A DNA stretch of 64,000 nucleotides from Elsinoe ampelina (lineage: Eukaryota), in the NCBI GenBank assembly GCA_010093995.1, contig ML992505.1:1319147-1383146 (forward strand). Reading direction: 5' to 3'. Below, in pieces: positions 1 through 11,261 of the stretch. A program made the translations under genes and the position numbers. A model generated the notes under the pieces. The model saw nothing but the letters and a program-made list of their open reading frames with translations. It was not told the origin of the DNA and made no database searches. Within the stretch, counting starts at the first letter, position 1, and the number at the start of each line of letters is the position of its first letter.

Positions 1-922
1 TTGGCAAGTCCATGCGTTAGCCTCTCCCGTCCCCAGCTGGCCTCTCATTTGTATCGACCCTTCTGTCACATTGTCAAGAAGCTTCGGCCGCACAGGGCTC
101 CGCCTGCACCTCAAAACGTGGTAAGAACGTTGGTCCTGAATCAGACAAGCGAGTTCTCCATTTGGAAGCACACACCAAGTCGACCCGACGTCAGCTTCGC
201 TCACAGAATACACCACCAGCCCTACTGGATCGTCTTTTTGACAGCGGCACGGCTTCAGCTCGCGCCAAGCTCGCACAAAATAGGACACGCTCATCTAGTC
301 TACCTACAATCGTCTTGTGCCTAAAACTGGACCTTGAGCCCATTCATGGTCCCTTTTAGAGATGTGTCGAGCCTGATCCACACGCCCAGTCTCTCCATTG
401 CTCGCGTACCGAACCTGCCAATCACAGAGGTTCTCCTACACCCATATTAGCCTCCTCCCAGAAAGTGGATTGGTGCGAGGTTGTGCTAATCTGGCCAATC
501 GTCATTTCAAAAGCTCTCTGTCTGTTCCTGAACAACAACTCTTCAATCCTTCAAATCAGGACCACCATCCAATCCGTCCGGACATTTCTAACATCTTACC
601 TCGCCCCTGTATTGTGGATCTTCTCTCGACCTACCTGTCAGCCAAGCCTCCACCAGGAACCACTTTTGCCTTGAATTCGGTTTCTTCAACTACCATCTAC
701 ACCGGTAGCATTGACTGCGCCTTCCGGAGCCACTCCACCGGTAGTGTTTCCCCGCCTATAGACTGCTTGCCGTCTTCACTCCAGTCACCGGTGACTGTGC
801 CGCAAATCTACTCGACCTCGAACCTCACCATCCCATATGCTCTCCACGATCCAGCCTGCCATCCTTCGCTCGACAGAATTTCCTGACCTTCACCGAGACC
901 AGGATTACAGTCACGAGGGACT

Positions 923-980
923 GTAAGTGTCCCAGCCTGACAGGAATTGCTGACATCCTTGCTGACACTATACGATCCAG
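923..980 (+). other. Probable 5'-UTR intron of the C2H2 gene
   Basis: GTAAGT donor at 923, GCTGAC branch at 961 and CCAG acceptor ending at 980, 10 nt before ATG 991. Confidence 0.55.
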
Positions 981-990
981 GCCATACACC

Positions 991-1915
991 ATGTCCAACT
1001 ACCCCCAGCAGTACCGACAGTACTCGCACGGGGATGAGGGGCAGAGGGGCAGTCAGTACTCACAGCAGACCACCTCTTACTCTACTCCGTCGAGTATGGC
1101 TCCTGCCGGACCTTCGTCAAGCTATCCGGTCTCGACTTCAGCTCCGTACTCATCTATGCCATTCTACAATTCGCAACAGCAGAGCATGAACTACAGCATG
1201 CCCCAGCCTTACATGTCCGCATCTCAATCTTACTCAGGCTATTCAGCTCCCATGGGTCCACCGTCATCGAATTATGCGTACTATGATCACCAAGTTCCGA
1301 GCTATTCCGCGGTGCCTGGTTCATCGCAAGTTCCCTTCCCAGACTATGATCATTCTATGCGACAGGTTCTTCCTCCAACATCATCTCCACAGTTCTTAGC
1401 TCCTTCGGAAGCTTCAAGCGCAGACCGACGAATCTCAAGATCAACGTCATTAGCTTCAAATGCGAGCGGTGCGATGCGGTACCCAGGGCAAGAGGACTAC
1501 TCACGGTCAACGTCTCCCAGTGCTCAAGAAATGGCCAACTGGGGATATCGTAATGATCAGGGGACTTGGAGCTGTGCATTCCCAGGATGCACGTCAAAGT
1601 CAACTTTCCAGCGGGGATGCGATCTTCGCAAGCACTACAGACGTCACACAAAGACGCTCTTCTGCAGACAAGCTGGATGCCCGCAGGCTACTGAAGGTGG
1701 TTTTTCAAGTAAGAAGGACAGAGCACGGCATGAAGCAAAGCACAATCCACAAATCCACTGCGAGTGGCCTGGGTGTGATAGATTGTTCAGCAGAGTGGAC
1801 AACATGGTACGTGACGATTTTGCAGCTTTCCTCGTATCCATTTGCTAACGATTGTTCACAGAAAGATCACGTCCGAAGAATACACAAAAAGGACCAGGCA
1901 AAAGCACAATCATGA
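991..1915 (+). CDS. C2H2 zinc-finger transcription factor (2 coding exons: 991-1806, 1862-1915)
   Basis: Ser/Pro/Gln/Tyr-rich N-terminus followed by three C2H2 fingers (CAFPGC..RKHYRRH; CRQAGC..RARHEAKH; CEWPGC..SRVDNM|KDHVRRIH). The GTACGT..GCTAAC..CAG intron at 1807-1861 restores the third finger. Confidence 0.88.
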
Positions 1916-3106
1916 CCAACAGTTACGACACGCGACGACTCTTGTCATGTTACAACCCGGATGAAGCTTGAATGCCATCTGTGACGATTCTTCTTTATAG
2001 ACACAATGCGAGCCAATCTCGACATGAAACGACTACATCCGCTGTTATGGTCGAGCACAGCTGGCGTTACACTCTATACTTTTCAACCATGCATTTCGGA
2101 GGACCAAATGGCTCACATAAGACTTGTTATACGATTTCAGACCAAGACGAGGGACAGAATTACCCGGACAGACGGCAGGGTCACGGACAGGAATGTACAG
2201 TATGCTGCTCTATGGACATATCGCAGCTGATCGAATAGTACCCATGAATGTGAAATGACATGAATTACCTCAATACATGCAAGCCACGTCTTGCACTGCC
2301 CGAGCAAATGCATCATGATCATTCCAGAACATCGAGAAAACAAGCTTGCTTCTTTTCGTCCTGCAGCCACAATCCGGCCTGACAGGCGCCAGCATCCATC
2401 CAAGCCATGTGTTAACCATCACACAGATCATCGAACGCCACCAGTACTTTGACACCTATCCATGCAGCCTCACGACCCTTTAGGCCAGCCCTCGCATTCT
2501 AACAAGAGCCGCGTTTGCCCTGACTCGCCCAAGTTCCAAGGTAACCAGGTACCGGTCCAAGATTGCTACAGTACCAGCAAGGCTCACCCCAGAGTTCAAC
2601 ATGAGCCGGACTTGACACCGGCTAGTACAACCCCAAGTCATGCCAGAAGCTACGCACGTAATCTAGTGATCAGAGTCGCACGCCCCTTTGCCTTGGATAT
2701 CTGCCACAATGCATCTGACCACGTAATCATGCTCCGCTCGCAAGTCAAACGATAATCTAAGCGATGGATAGAATTCGAAATCAGGCAGTATGACCCGCTC
2801 CGGCAGGTGGAGGCTATGCAATAACATGTACACCGTCACCGCTGGCCAGCGCCGGGCCCCATGTGATGAGCGATATATTGGAATTACATGTGTTGGGATG
2901 TGAAGAAAGACTTGCCGAATGGGGCAGAGTTAAGCGAGCCAAGACATGCAGGTCTCGTGACGTTTTTGTTGGTCGGCGGGAAAAATGGCCGGTGCGCCGA
3001 CAACCGACGGAGACGGAGAGTAAACAGATCAACATTCGAGGTTTTGCAGAGCAGGACACGGCGACGGCAAAGTCGGTGGCGATAGAGGCCAGCAGGATAT
3101 CTAGAT

Positions 3107-5365
3107 ATGGCGAGGAAAAATATTGATACGTCAGACACGAAGCAGTCAAGCGTCCAACAGAGTTCAGAAGACCTCGACTTTGTCAAACACTCTTTTTCGA
3201 TCCCTCCAAACGCCAATGCAGGTGGTCAACGAGTGCATAACACCGCCACCACATCACCCAAAAAGGTCAGCAGGACAGTCAGGCATACTAGAGATGCAGT
3301 CATTGATGGAGATTCGGAACTGAATTCTGCAATCGCCAAACAAGGCCGATCAACATTACCACACACCGGACGCAGAGTACGTCTTCTGCCAGCAGTCAAC
3401 TCCATTGCCAAGCTGGGAGATGATCACCTTGATGCATTCAGCCCATCAGGCACCCCAGTGAAGTGCAAAAGAGTACCTCCTATGAGAATGAGAGCTACTC
3501 CAGCCCGTACTGCGAAAGCTGCTGCATCGTATCGGGACATCAAGATCATCGACATCGACAGCTCTGACGAAGACGAAGAAGTTGAGGAGGTGGAGGAGAG
3601 CGTGTTCTGTGACGAGGTCTCTGAGTCGTCAGAAGACTCGTCATCTGACTCCGACATTTCTATAGACTCGCCCGTTCACTGGCCTGGCGAGAAAACCAGA
3701 GCATTGTCTCCAGCAAAGACAAGCAGCCCCCGGAAAACACAGAAGGCCTTATCATTCCCTGGACCGGCACAACACGTAGGAACACAGCAAACCGAAGTCG
3801 AGAAGTCCAAAGACGAGGCACCCTCAGATTCGGATAAGGAGAATGCCAGTGGCGCTATCAAGCCAGTGCTAAAGGCACGACCACTGACGCCAACGGAGAA
3901 GACTACACCACCTCCGTCGCCAAGTAAAGCTCGTCTTGCATCGCCTTCCAAGCAACGTATTCGAATACCTACTCCCCCAGGTAGACCTTCGCTCGACAAC
4001 TTCTGGGACGCCAATGAAGTGAACGGCTGGAACGACCGCCACTCTCCAAAGAAGCCTGTCCTCTCACCATCCAAACATCGCTTCCTCTACCCCTCTCTAT
4101 TCAGCAGCCCTTCCAAACCACTCGACCTGAAATCCTTCGCCTCCTCTGACGACGAACAGAAGCCTACCCTACCCAGTACTCCCTCCCGCCGCGCCTCCCC
4201 TACCAAGCCGTTAGCATCAGCTAGTCCCTCCAAATCTCCTCTCAAATCACCCAAGAAGTCCCGCGCCGAAGTCCTCGCCCGCAAGACCTTCGACGAAACG
4301 AAAGAGCAACTAGCCATTGACTTCGTCGCCGAGCTCGACCAAACCATCTGCCAGGGCCAGATTGCCGCCGCCACCTCCTCAACAGGCGGCATCAAAATCA
4401 TCTGGTCCAAAACCCTCAACTCCACCGCCGGTCGCGCAAGCTGGAAACGCGAGACCATCCGCACCAAGGCCGCTCAACCCGCCCTCACCTCCTCCTCCAC
4501 TTCCTCCTCCGCTTCCCCCTCCCCCATCCCCTCCTCTCACTCCTCAACCCCTCCCCATCTCCCCACCCCCATCCCAGCCCCTACCCCCACCTCAGCGCCT
4601 CACCCCGTCACCTACAAACACCACTGCACCATCGAACTCGCCCTCAAAATCCTCACCTGCCCGGACCGCCTCCACAACACGCTCGCCCACGAGTTCTGCC
4701 ACCTCGCGACGTACATCGTCTCGGGCGTCAAAGACCGGCCCCACGGGCCCGAGTTCAAGGCGTGGGGACGGAAATGTGACAAGGCGTTTAAGCACAAGGG
4801 GGTCAAGGTGACCACGAGGCATGGGTATGAGATTGAGTTTCGCTATCTTTGGGTTTGCGCGGGGAGGGAGGGGATGCGTGATACGGGACGGGGAGGTGGG
4901 GAGGGGGATGCAAGGGGGCATGGAGAGGGGGGAGGGGCAGGGGTAGGTGGGGGGGTTGGAGAGGGGATGCTCGCCTACGACGGTGGGTGTGGGAGGGAGT
5001 ACGGCCGGCATAGCAAGAGTATTGATCCTGGCAAGGTGAGGTGCGGGGAGTGTAAAGGACGACTTGTGCAAGTGAGGCCGGCGCCGAGGGGCCAGGGGAA
5101 GAAGGAGGTGGGCGGGTTCGCGGGGTTTGTGAAGGAGCAGTTCGCGGGGGTGAAGGGGGAGATGGAGGAGGCAGGGGTGAAGGTTGGGCACGGTGAGGTT
5201 ATGGCGGAGTTGGGGAGGAGATTTAGGGCGAGGAAGGAAGGAGGAGAGGGGGGTAATGGAAAGGGGAGGGAGACGAAGGTGGAGAAGGATGGTGGGAGGG
5301 GGAGCGAGATGGATGACTTGGTCCAGGGGATGAGGGATGTGGTTGTTATTAGTGATGGAGAGTGA
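3107..5365 (+). CDS. GCNA/ACRC-like SprT-family metalloprotease
   Basis: Long acidic/SP-rich disordered N-terminus; SprT motifs WSKTLNSTAGRA, TLAHEFCH (HExxH) and HGPEFKAW; Cys ribbon (WVC..GCGREYGRHSKS..CGEC); C-terminal HMG-like helices (FAGFVKEQF..HGEVMAELGRRF). Confidence 0.85.
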   Translation: MARKNIDTSDTKQSSVQQSSEDLDFVKHSFSIPPNANAGGQRVHNTATTSPKKVSRTVRHTRDAVIDGDSELNSAIAKQGRSTLPHTGRRVRLLPAVNSIAKLGDDHLDAFSPSGTPVKCKRVPPMRMRATPARTAKAAASYRDIKIIDIDSSDEDEEVEEVEESVFCDEVSESSEDSSSDSDISIDSPVHWPGEKTRALSPAKTSSPRKTQKALSFPGPAQHVGTQQTEVEKSKDEAPSDSDKENASGAIKPVLKARPLTPTEKTTPPPSPSKARLASPSKQRIRIPTPPGRPSLDNFWDANEVNGWNDRHSPKKPVLSPSKHRFLYPSLFSSPSKPLDLKSFASSDDEQKPTLPSTPSRRASPTKPLASASPSKSPLKSPKKSRAEVLARKTFDETKEQLAIDFVAELDQTICQGQIAAATSSTGGIKIIWSKTLNSTAGRASWKRETIRTKAAQPALTSSSTSSSASPSPIPSSHSSTPPHLPTPIPAPTPTSAPHPVTYKHHCTIELALKILTCPDRLHNTLAHEFCHLATYIVSGVKDRPHGPEFKAWGRKCDKAFKHKGVKVTTRHGYEIEFRYLWVCAGREGMRDTGRGGGEGDARGHGEGGGAGVGGGVGEGMLAYDGGCGREYGRHSKSIDPGKVRCGECKGRLVQVRPAPRGQGKKEVGGFAGFVKEQFAGVKGEMEEAGVKVGHGEVMAELGRRFRARKEGGEGGNGKGRETKVEKDGGRGSEMDDLVQGMRDVVVISDGE

Positions 5366-5553
5366 GCTAAAGACTGCTTGTACTCTGCTTGTACTCTGCA
5401 TTGCAATGGCGTGGTGGAGATCTGTATCTCATGGTCTTGTTCCCGTCATCTCGCGCCGTGTGTCTGACGCTTTCATATCCTGTATCAATAGAGTGATTGA
5501 CTTCCTCTCTATCCCACGGAATCATGTCTGCTCTGGTAGCTCTCAAACCCCTC

Positions 5554-6456
5554 CTAAGGACTTCTTCTTCGTCCTGTCCCGCGGACCCTGGCGGGCCCCG
5601 GTGGATCTTCGTCAGAAGCATCATCCGCATTTTCCTCGACGGTTTCCACTGCATCCTCTACATCCTCCTCGATGGTTTCCACTGCATCCTCTGGATCCTC
5701 CTCGACGGTTTCCTCTTCATCCTCTTCATTTTCTGCATCTTCCTGAGGTGCAAAGAAACTCTCGTCCACCACCCGCAGCGTCCTCATAACGTTATTTCTG
5801 ATCCGTCGTCCTACATGAGCCTTCTCACTAAGCAATTCCTTGTTCAGGTCCTCGTCCTCGTCGTCTTCGGTGCCTGGGTAGTACTTTACGACTACGTGGA
5901 TTAGGATATCCGCATCCCGCTCTGGTTCCCGCGGAAATCGGTAGCGGATCAGACCAAGCCAGATGACAGTCCGGTGAGGTTCTGCTCTGGACGAACCTAC
6001 CAGTGCATCTGGGTTTTTTACGTATGTGCCAACTGTGAAGGCGACGTGAGTCTTGCTGTACTTTGTCAGCTTGGGAATCATGATTCAGCAGTATGCGGCG
6101 CTCTGGTAGAAGCATGAGGCTGTGATACTGGAAAAAAGCACTCACCCAAGTCCTTCTCTACATCTCTGGATATCGCCAATGGGAACCTCAAGGCCGTTGT
6201 CGTCTCGATCCGCCGAATCTGCAGTCAAGGTGGCAAGGTAGTGCAACATGGCGCCCGACTCATCCTCGTCGGAGTCGTCGGAGTCGCCTGGGTCGCCTGG
6301 CGTCATGAACGTGTATCTGTCCGATAATCGATCAAGCACCTCGATGATGACAGAAGTCTTTTGTTCCGACCACAGCATGACCTCCTGATGATCAGGGGCA
6401 TTGGTTTGACCACTGTCATGGTTAGCTGACCGCAGTCTGAAACGGTGAAATGTCAT
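5554..6456 (-). CDS. Hypothetical acidic protein (2 exons: 6456-6146, 6055-5554)
   Basis: ORFs 6142-6456 and 5554-6081 join in frame through a GTGAGT..GCTGAC..TACAG intron (6145-6056). The product has an Asp/Glu-rich tail. No family recognised. Confidence 0.45.
5633..5713. repeat. 33-bp tandem repeat, about 2.5 copies (TCCTCGAYGGTTTCCACTGCATCCTCT..ATCC)
   Basis: Units start at 5633, 5666 and 5699. On the minus strand they encode the EEDxEDAVETx repeats. Confidence 0.85.
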
Positions 6457-8253
6457 GCCTAATATTCATGAAAACTTCTGGCAGCTCGCAAGTCATCGCG
6501 CCTCCATAGAGTTGTACTGTTGCTGGAGGCGGGAGGTCGTAGGGGGGAGAGTGGCGAGCGTCCTGCATGGTGACCGAAATGGGATATGCTGGAGAAAAAT
6601 AGGTTCCGTTGGAACGATTGTTGCGGATATTGTGAATATCAATACGTTGGAGTAACGTTGATGGTAAATTTGCGAAAGTGTTGGAGACTCGCTGGTGTTA
6701 ACTAGACTTGCCCAACTGTGCTGATGGAAGTGGCGACCAGGTCTGAAAGTTGAACCTTCCAGAGAGAAAGCTGTCAGATGATGAGACTCACTGGAGAAAG
6801 ACTCAAAATCGGGTAGCAAGTCACAGCAGCAACACTGAATGTGAGCACTGTATGTATTAGTTTGAGAGACTCCTGCGATCATTTGAAAGAAGTTCATTCG
6901 CTGTTCAGTCCGTGGAGAAAGCGGCAAAGTTCAACAAAGCCTCGGGGCCTCCATCAAGCACACCCCTCCAGCCTTTCGTCAAACTTTGCTCCCAAATGGT
7001 CATGGAGCATGGTGAATCGACGAGTACTGGTACCTGATATATACATATCCACATCAAGACTTCCCTCTGCTACGAAGACACACAGTGTCTCTCCGCTGTG
7101 GCTTGCACTATGCAGCCACTGAATGGCGGGCCACAACATGTATCCACATGGTCATTTATTCTCGAAGAAGCATCAAAATGACCTTGACGATAGAGAGACA
7201 TGAGGGGCTATATTGGAAGAATGCCTCTCGAGCAGGCTATCAGTCACCAGCCATTAAGCCACCCTTCCTAGCGTCTCAAAAGACGACTCTGCTGAGGTGG
7301 AGAGCACAACTTCATCGAACATGCGGACTATAAGACCTATACAGGCAAATGCTGTCTTCATAGACCCATCAGCTTTTCATCTCTTCTTTCATTTTGACTT
7401 CTGCACTACTCCACGTCTTATCTTGCATCCTTGACCATAGCTACGCATGGCCTTCCAATTCGGAGGAATGCGTCCAGACGTGACAGCGCGACTGATCCTT
7501 GCACATCAGCTACCCAGCAGTGCAAGCCAACAATAGACTGGGGGAAACCGACTCTTATTGCCATTGTTGACTTCCTCGGACTGGAAGCGAGGCACCTGTC
7601 CTACTACCTTGCCTCAGCCGCAAGGCGGGTAGGGCCTTTGTTCGTCTGCCTCACCTTGTACATTTGTTTCGAGGAGATGGAGTGGCAGTGTCTCACATCA
7701 CACCGCTACACTTCTGTCCGCACAGGATTGTTCGCAAGGGCAAAGTATCGGGCATGTGAGGGTTCCCTGTCACACAATGCAGACCAGCCACCCTCGGGAA
7801 GGACAAAGCAAGAGTGGTTCCCTTGCATGTCCCAGCCTACGTACCAGCGACGTCGAAGGCCGTACCGTCGTACCGATAGCATGACATGAAACGGCTATCC
7901 ATGACATGCATGACAGATCCACGGGTCAACGGTCAACCGTCCGTCCCGACAACCACACAGGGCCCAACTACACATCCACTCTCACCTACACCATCTCAAA
8001 GCAATACAAAGCAGCATGATCAGCAAGATCAGCACATCACAAGTACACACCGGAAGGTAAACATTAATCATTACCCCAACCCCGCTCACTCAAGAGCGAA
8101 AGGCAGGCATCTCTAAAATTCCATCTACCTCAAAAACGATTGCGTACAAAATTATCTACATCTTTCCACCAATGCGCAAGGGTATACTCCCTCTGTCTCA
8201 ATTCCACCTCAAGAAAGAACCTCTTCCCTTCCCAATCAACCTCACGCTTCTCC

Positions 8254-8724
8254 TTAAAGCATGAAAGCAGCCATGGCCAAAGCGGCAACAGCGGGGACGC
8301 CGACCTTGCCAGCCGCGCCGGTGAAGGAAGGAGGCTGGGCAGGGGAGGTGACGGACGGGACGGTGCCGTTGCTGCTCGGGACGGGGGAGCCGGAGGTGGG
8401 GACCGGGACGGGCGCGACCGGGACCGAGTAGGTGGTGGGGACAGCGGTGGGGAGGGTCTCGACCGGGTAGGTGGCGACCGGGGAGGTGGCGACGGAGGTG
8501 TAGGTGCACGGGCAGTCGGTGATGACGAGGGTGGTTGGCTCGACGATGGTGTAGGTCTTTGTGCCCTGGGTGAGGGTGGTGGCTTCGGGGCAGTAGGTGG
8601 TGAAGACGCTGGTGGTGAGGGTGAGGGTGGTCTCGACGGCAGAGGTGGTGGCGTTGGTGGGGTGGCCGTAGTGGGGGGATGCCATGGCGACGGCGACGAG
8701 GGCGGAGATGATGGCGGCCTTCAT
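8254..8724 (-). CDS. GPI-anchored cell-wall protein, clock-controlled gene 6 (ccg-6)/Ccw12-like
   Basis: Signal peptide MKAAIISALVAVAMA; motif TTYCPEATTLTQG.KTYT...PTTLVITDCPCT; P/T/S/V-rich stalk; GPI signal FTGAAGKVGVPAVAALAMAAFML. Confidence 0.85.
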   Translation of the reverse strand: MKAAIISALVAVAMASPHYGHPTNATTSAVETTLTLTTSVFTTYCPEATTLTQGTKTYTIVEPTTLVITDCPCTYTSVATSPVATYPVETLPTAVPTTYSVPVAPVPVPTSGSPVPSSNGTVPSVTSPAQPPSFTGAAGKVGVPAVAALAMAAFML

Positions 8725-11261
8725 TTTGATGGTTTGGGGGTTTGTATTAGGTAGATGGTATTGGTGGTGGTGGTGGGAAGGGAATGGGGTTGATTGAACG
8801 AATGTCTTGGGTGAGTGGTTGGATGAGAGGGAGGAAACACGAGGAATCTGGGTCCTGGGCATGGATTTATACGCGCCTGTCAGGACTAGGTAGGAATGGT
8901 GGGAGATTGACGCACCCAAGCAATGGGCCATACAAACACTTGCCTCCAGAGGGCTGTCCCGCTATGGTAGCTGTCCCGTCACTAAGCAACAATGGCGCAC
9001 GCGAGGGTGGCCCAGTCGCCATGCACGGAGGGAAGAGCGGCAAGGTGGGAAGACAAAAAAGCCTATTGTTTATGAGACACAGGGAAAAAAGATTACGCTC
9101 TGCGTATTGGGTCGTCCGAAAGAAGCGAGTGGCCTACCCAATGCCCATCAGGCGAGCCGGCGGGTACCTCGTGTGTTGGGGCCCTTCCCTCCCGGTCGGG
9201 ACGAGCGAGGACAATCGCAATAATCGCAATGAGTCGGCGCAGAAGCAGAGCTGAGCAGATCGTGCAAGGTAGGATCTGTCCGCGCTCAACAAGCTTCAAC
9301 TCCGGTCCAGACGACCGAAGGGAAAGGAAATGTCAAGCGAAGTGCGCCACCAGATAGGACCGAAAAGACTGTCTGTCCTGCAAGGGCAGAGGGTTCGCTG
9401 AGAAAAACAAAAATCGTCTTGACTGGCAGAGTGTGAGCGTGTGGCGTCGATGAGACATGGGTCCGCGCAGGGCTATTGGTGCTTATTTCGCAGTGACAAG
9501 GCAGATCAATGCAAGGTACTCCCGCTGTCTGCCGCGGTGCCGTGCCGTGGTGGACATTTGGGCGACTGCCTGTGGTGCCTCGTTTTGCTGATAGCGCAGA
9601 GCTGGCAATACAGTCAGGATCTCGTATGTAGCGTGAGCAGTAACGTCGAGTACGAGCATCCATTTCCACACCCGCCGCGCTATCGACGCTGGACCCCCGA
9701 TCTGATGATTCAACGGAACAACCTCCACCGAGCAGCGCAGCGCAGACATGACAACGAGGGCCGAAAAGCAACACTATTCTCGGAGCGTCCTGCTCTGTGG
9801 GAAAATTTTCGCATGCAGCCCGACCGGGGCTTCTTGGAGATTGTGCCTGCCAGGTCCAGCCAATCAGAGGGCCTGTCATGGTTCAGGAACGTCAGTGGTA
9901 GGTCCGCGGGCAGGCCGCGCTATTGACGGCACCCAAGTGGGAAAAAGCTGGGACGTCTAATCTCTCGACAGGCAAGTTGCTTCTGCCCTGCTCGTATTAT
10001 TTTACCTGTTTGTGTCATTGTTTCCCCGGGCTCGGAGCGGGCTGTTGCGATATGCGGAAGAGGAGAATTTTGTGATTGGTTCACTGGGTGTGGAAGAATT
10101 TGAGGGCTCACGTGACGGAGATGATGGTGATATCATCGTGGAAGTATCTCGGTCAGTGACCCGGTGGGAAATGGGTGATGGCATGTTGATCGCGCGAGGG
10201 AGAGATTATCACTTGTGGTGTTGAGGTGGGTGACATATGCCAATATGGCCCTCAGAGATACGACTCTGCGCGGTGTGCTGCGAGATGAGCAGATCAATGC
10301 GTCTGTCTGAGTTGCCCTAGGTTGGACACATTCAATGGTGTCCTGCAGGTCTGACTTCCCATGACGACGGCAGGATGCAGCTGAGGTCGCAGCCGTTGCA
10401 GTATGCAGTCTACTCTGACTTTTCACAAGAACCAGTTCCCCCAACGAGACATGCAGGAACGTTGTGAGGTTGCAAAAAGCATGTGTGTGCGGTTGATTAA
10501 TTAGGCAAAAGAGACAAGGTTGATGCCTTGCTCCTGCCGCTCGGGTACCAAAGGTAGGATACGCCGTCCTGCAGCCCTTCCCAAACGCTTCCTCCCTATG
10601 AAAGAGTGTGCTTGCCGGTCAAATGCAAAACAAACAACCTGGAAAGGAAAACTTTCCGTGACCAGAAGAAACACTTCTGTCTTCTATTGACGCTGGCAAA
10701 AAGGACAGGCGACTATTGACTAGTCCAAGGGTATCTCTTCAACAAAAAAGGAATCATTGGATGTTGCGGAAAGATCAAGCCTGGGGTGAAAGTGGTGGTC
10801 GAGAACCGTCAGGTAATACCCGAAAGGAGAGTAGACAGGCTGATTGTCGTCTTCCGCATACCATCCATGGCCAGATCGCATCCCATACGCAAGGAAAGTG
10901 TCGCAGCTGTAAATAAATCCAACAAAACTGTGGGCCACCGTCCCCGCCGGTGCCGCTGGGTATCAATCTTTGGCCAGAAGGTGAAAAACAAGCAGATATT
11001 CCGATCTTTTGAATGGAGGACAAGGCGCTAAGGGAAAACAAAGGAGAGTGTCCGTTTCTGCAGTCGATTTGTACCGTGTTGGGTTGCTGCCAATCTGAGA
11101 GGCCATGTGCTGTGAGAGTAGTCATCAGTCCTGCTGGGACATGACGCTACCCTCGTATCTGGATCTCAAGGTGTCTGTCCAAGAATTGGCAAGTTTGAAA
11201 GTAGTCGTATCGTTGCATCATCGTAAATAGTCAAAAGAGACCAAGGAGTGGTGTGATTAAA

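Noticed and set aside
398..886. 162-aa ORF upstream of the C2H2 gene
   Set aside because: Non-ATG start, no motifs, pyrimidine-rich leader-like sequence.
4592..5401. Long Pro/Leu/His-rich or Gly-rich antisense ORFs (also 8140-8754, 29567-30241, 30336-31223, 48857-49468)
   Set aside because: Stop-poor shadows produced by GC-skewed coding DNA on the opposite strand.
7431..7889. 152-aa ORF
   Set aside because: TTG start and no recognisable family. It could be a relic, but this is unsupported.
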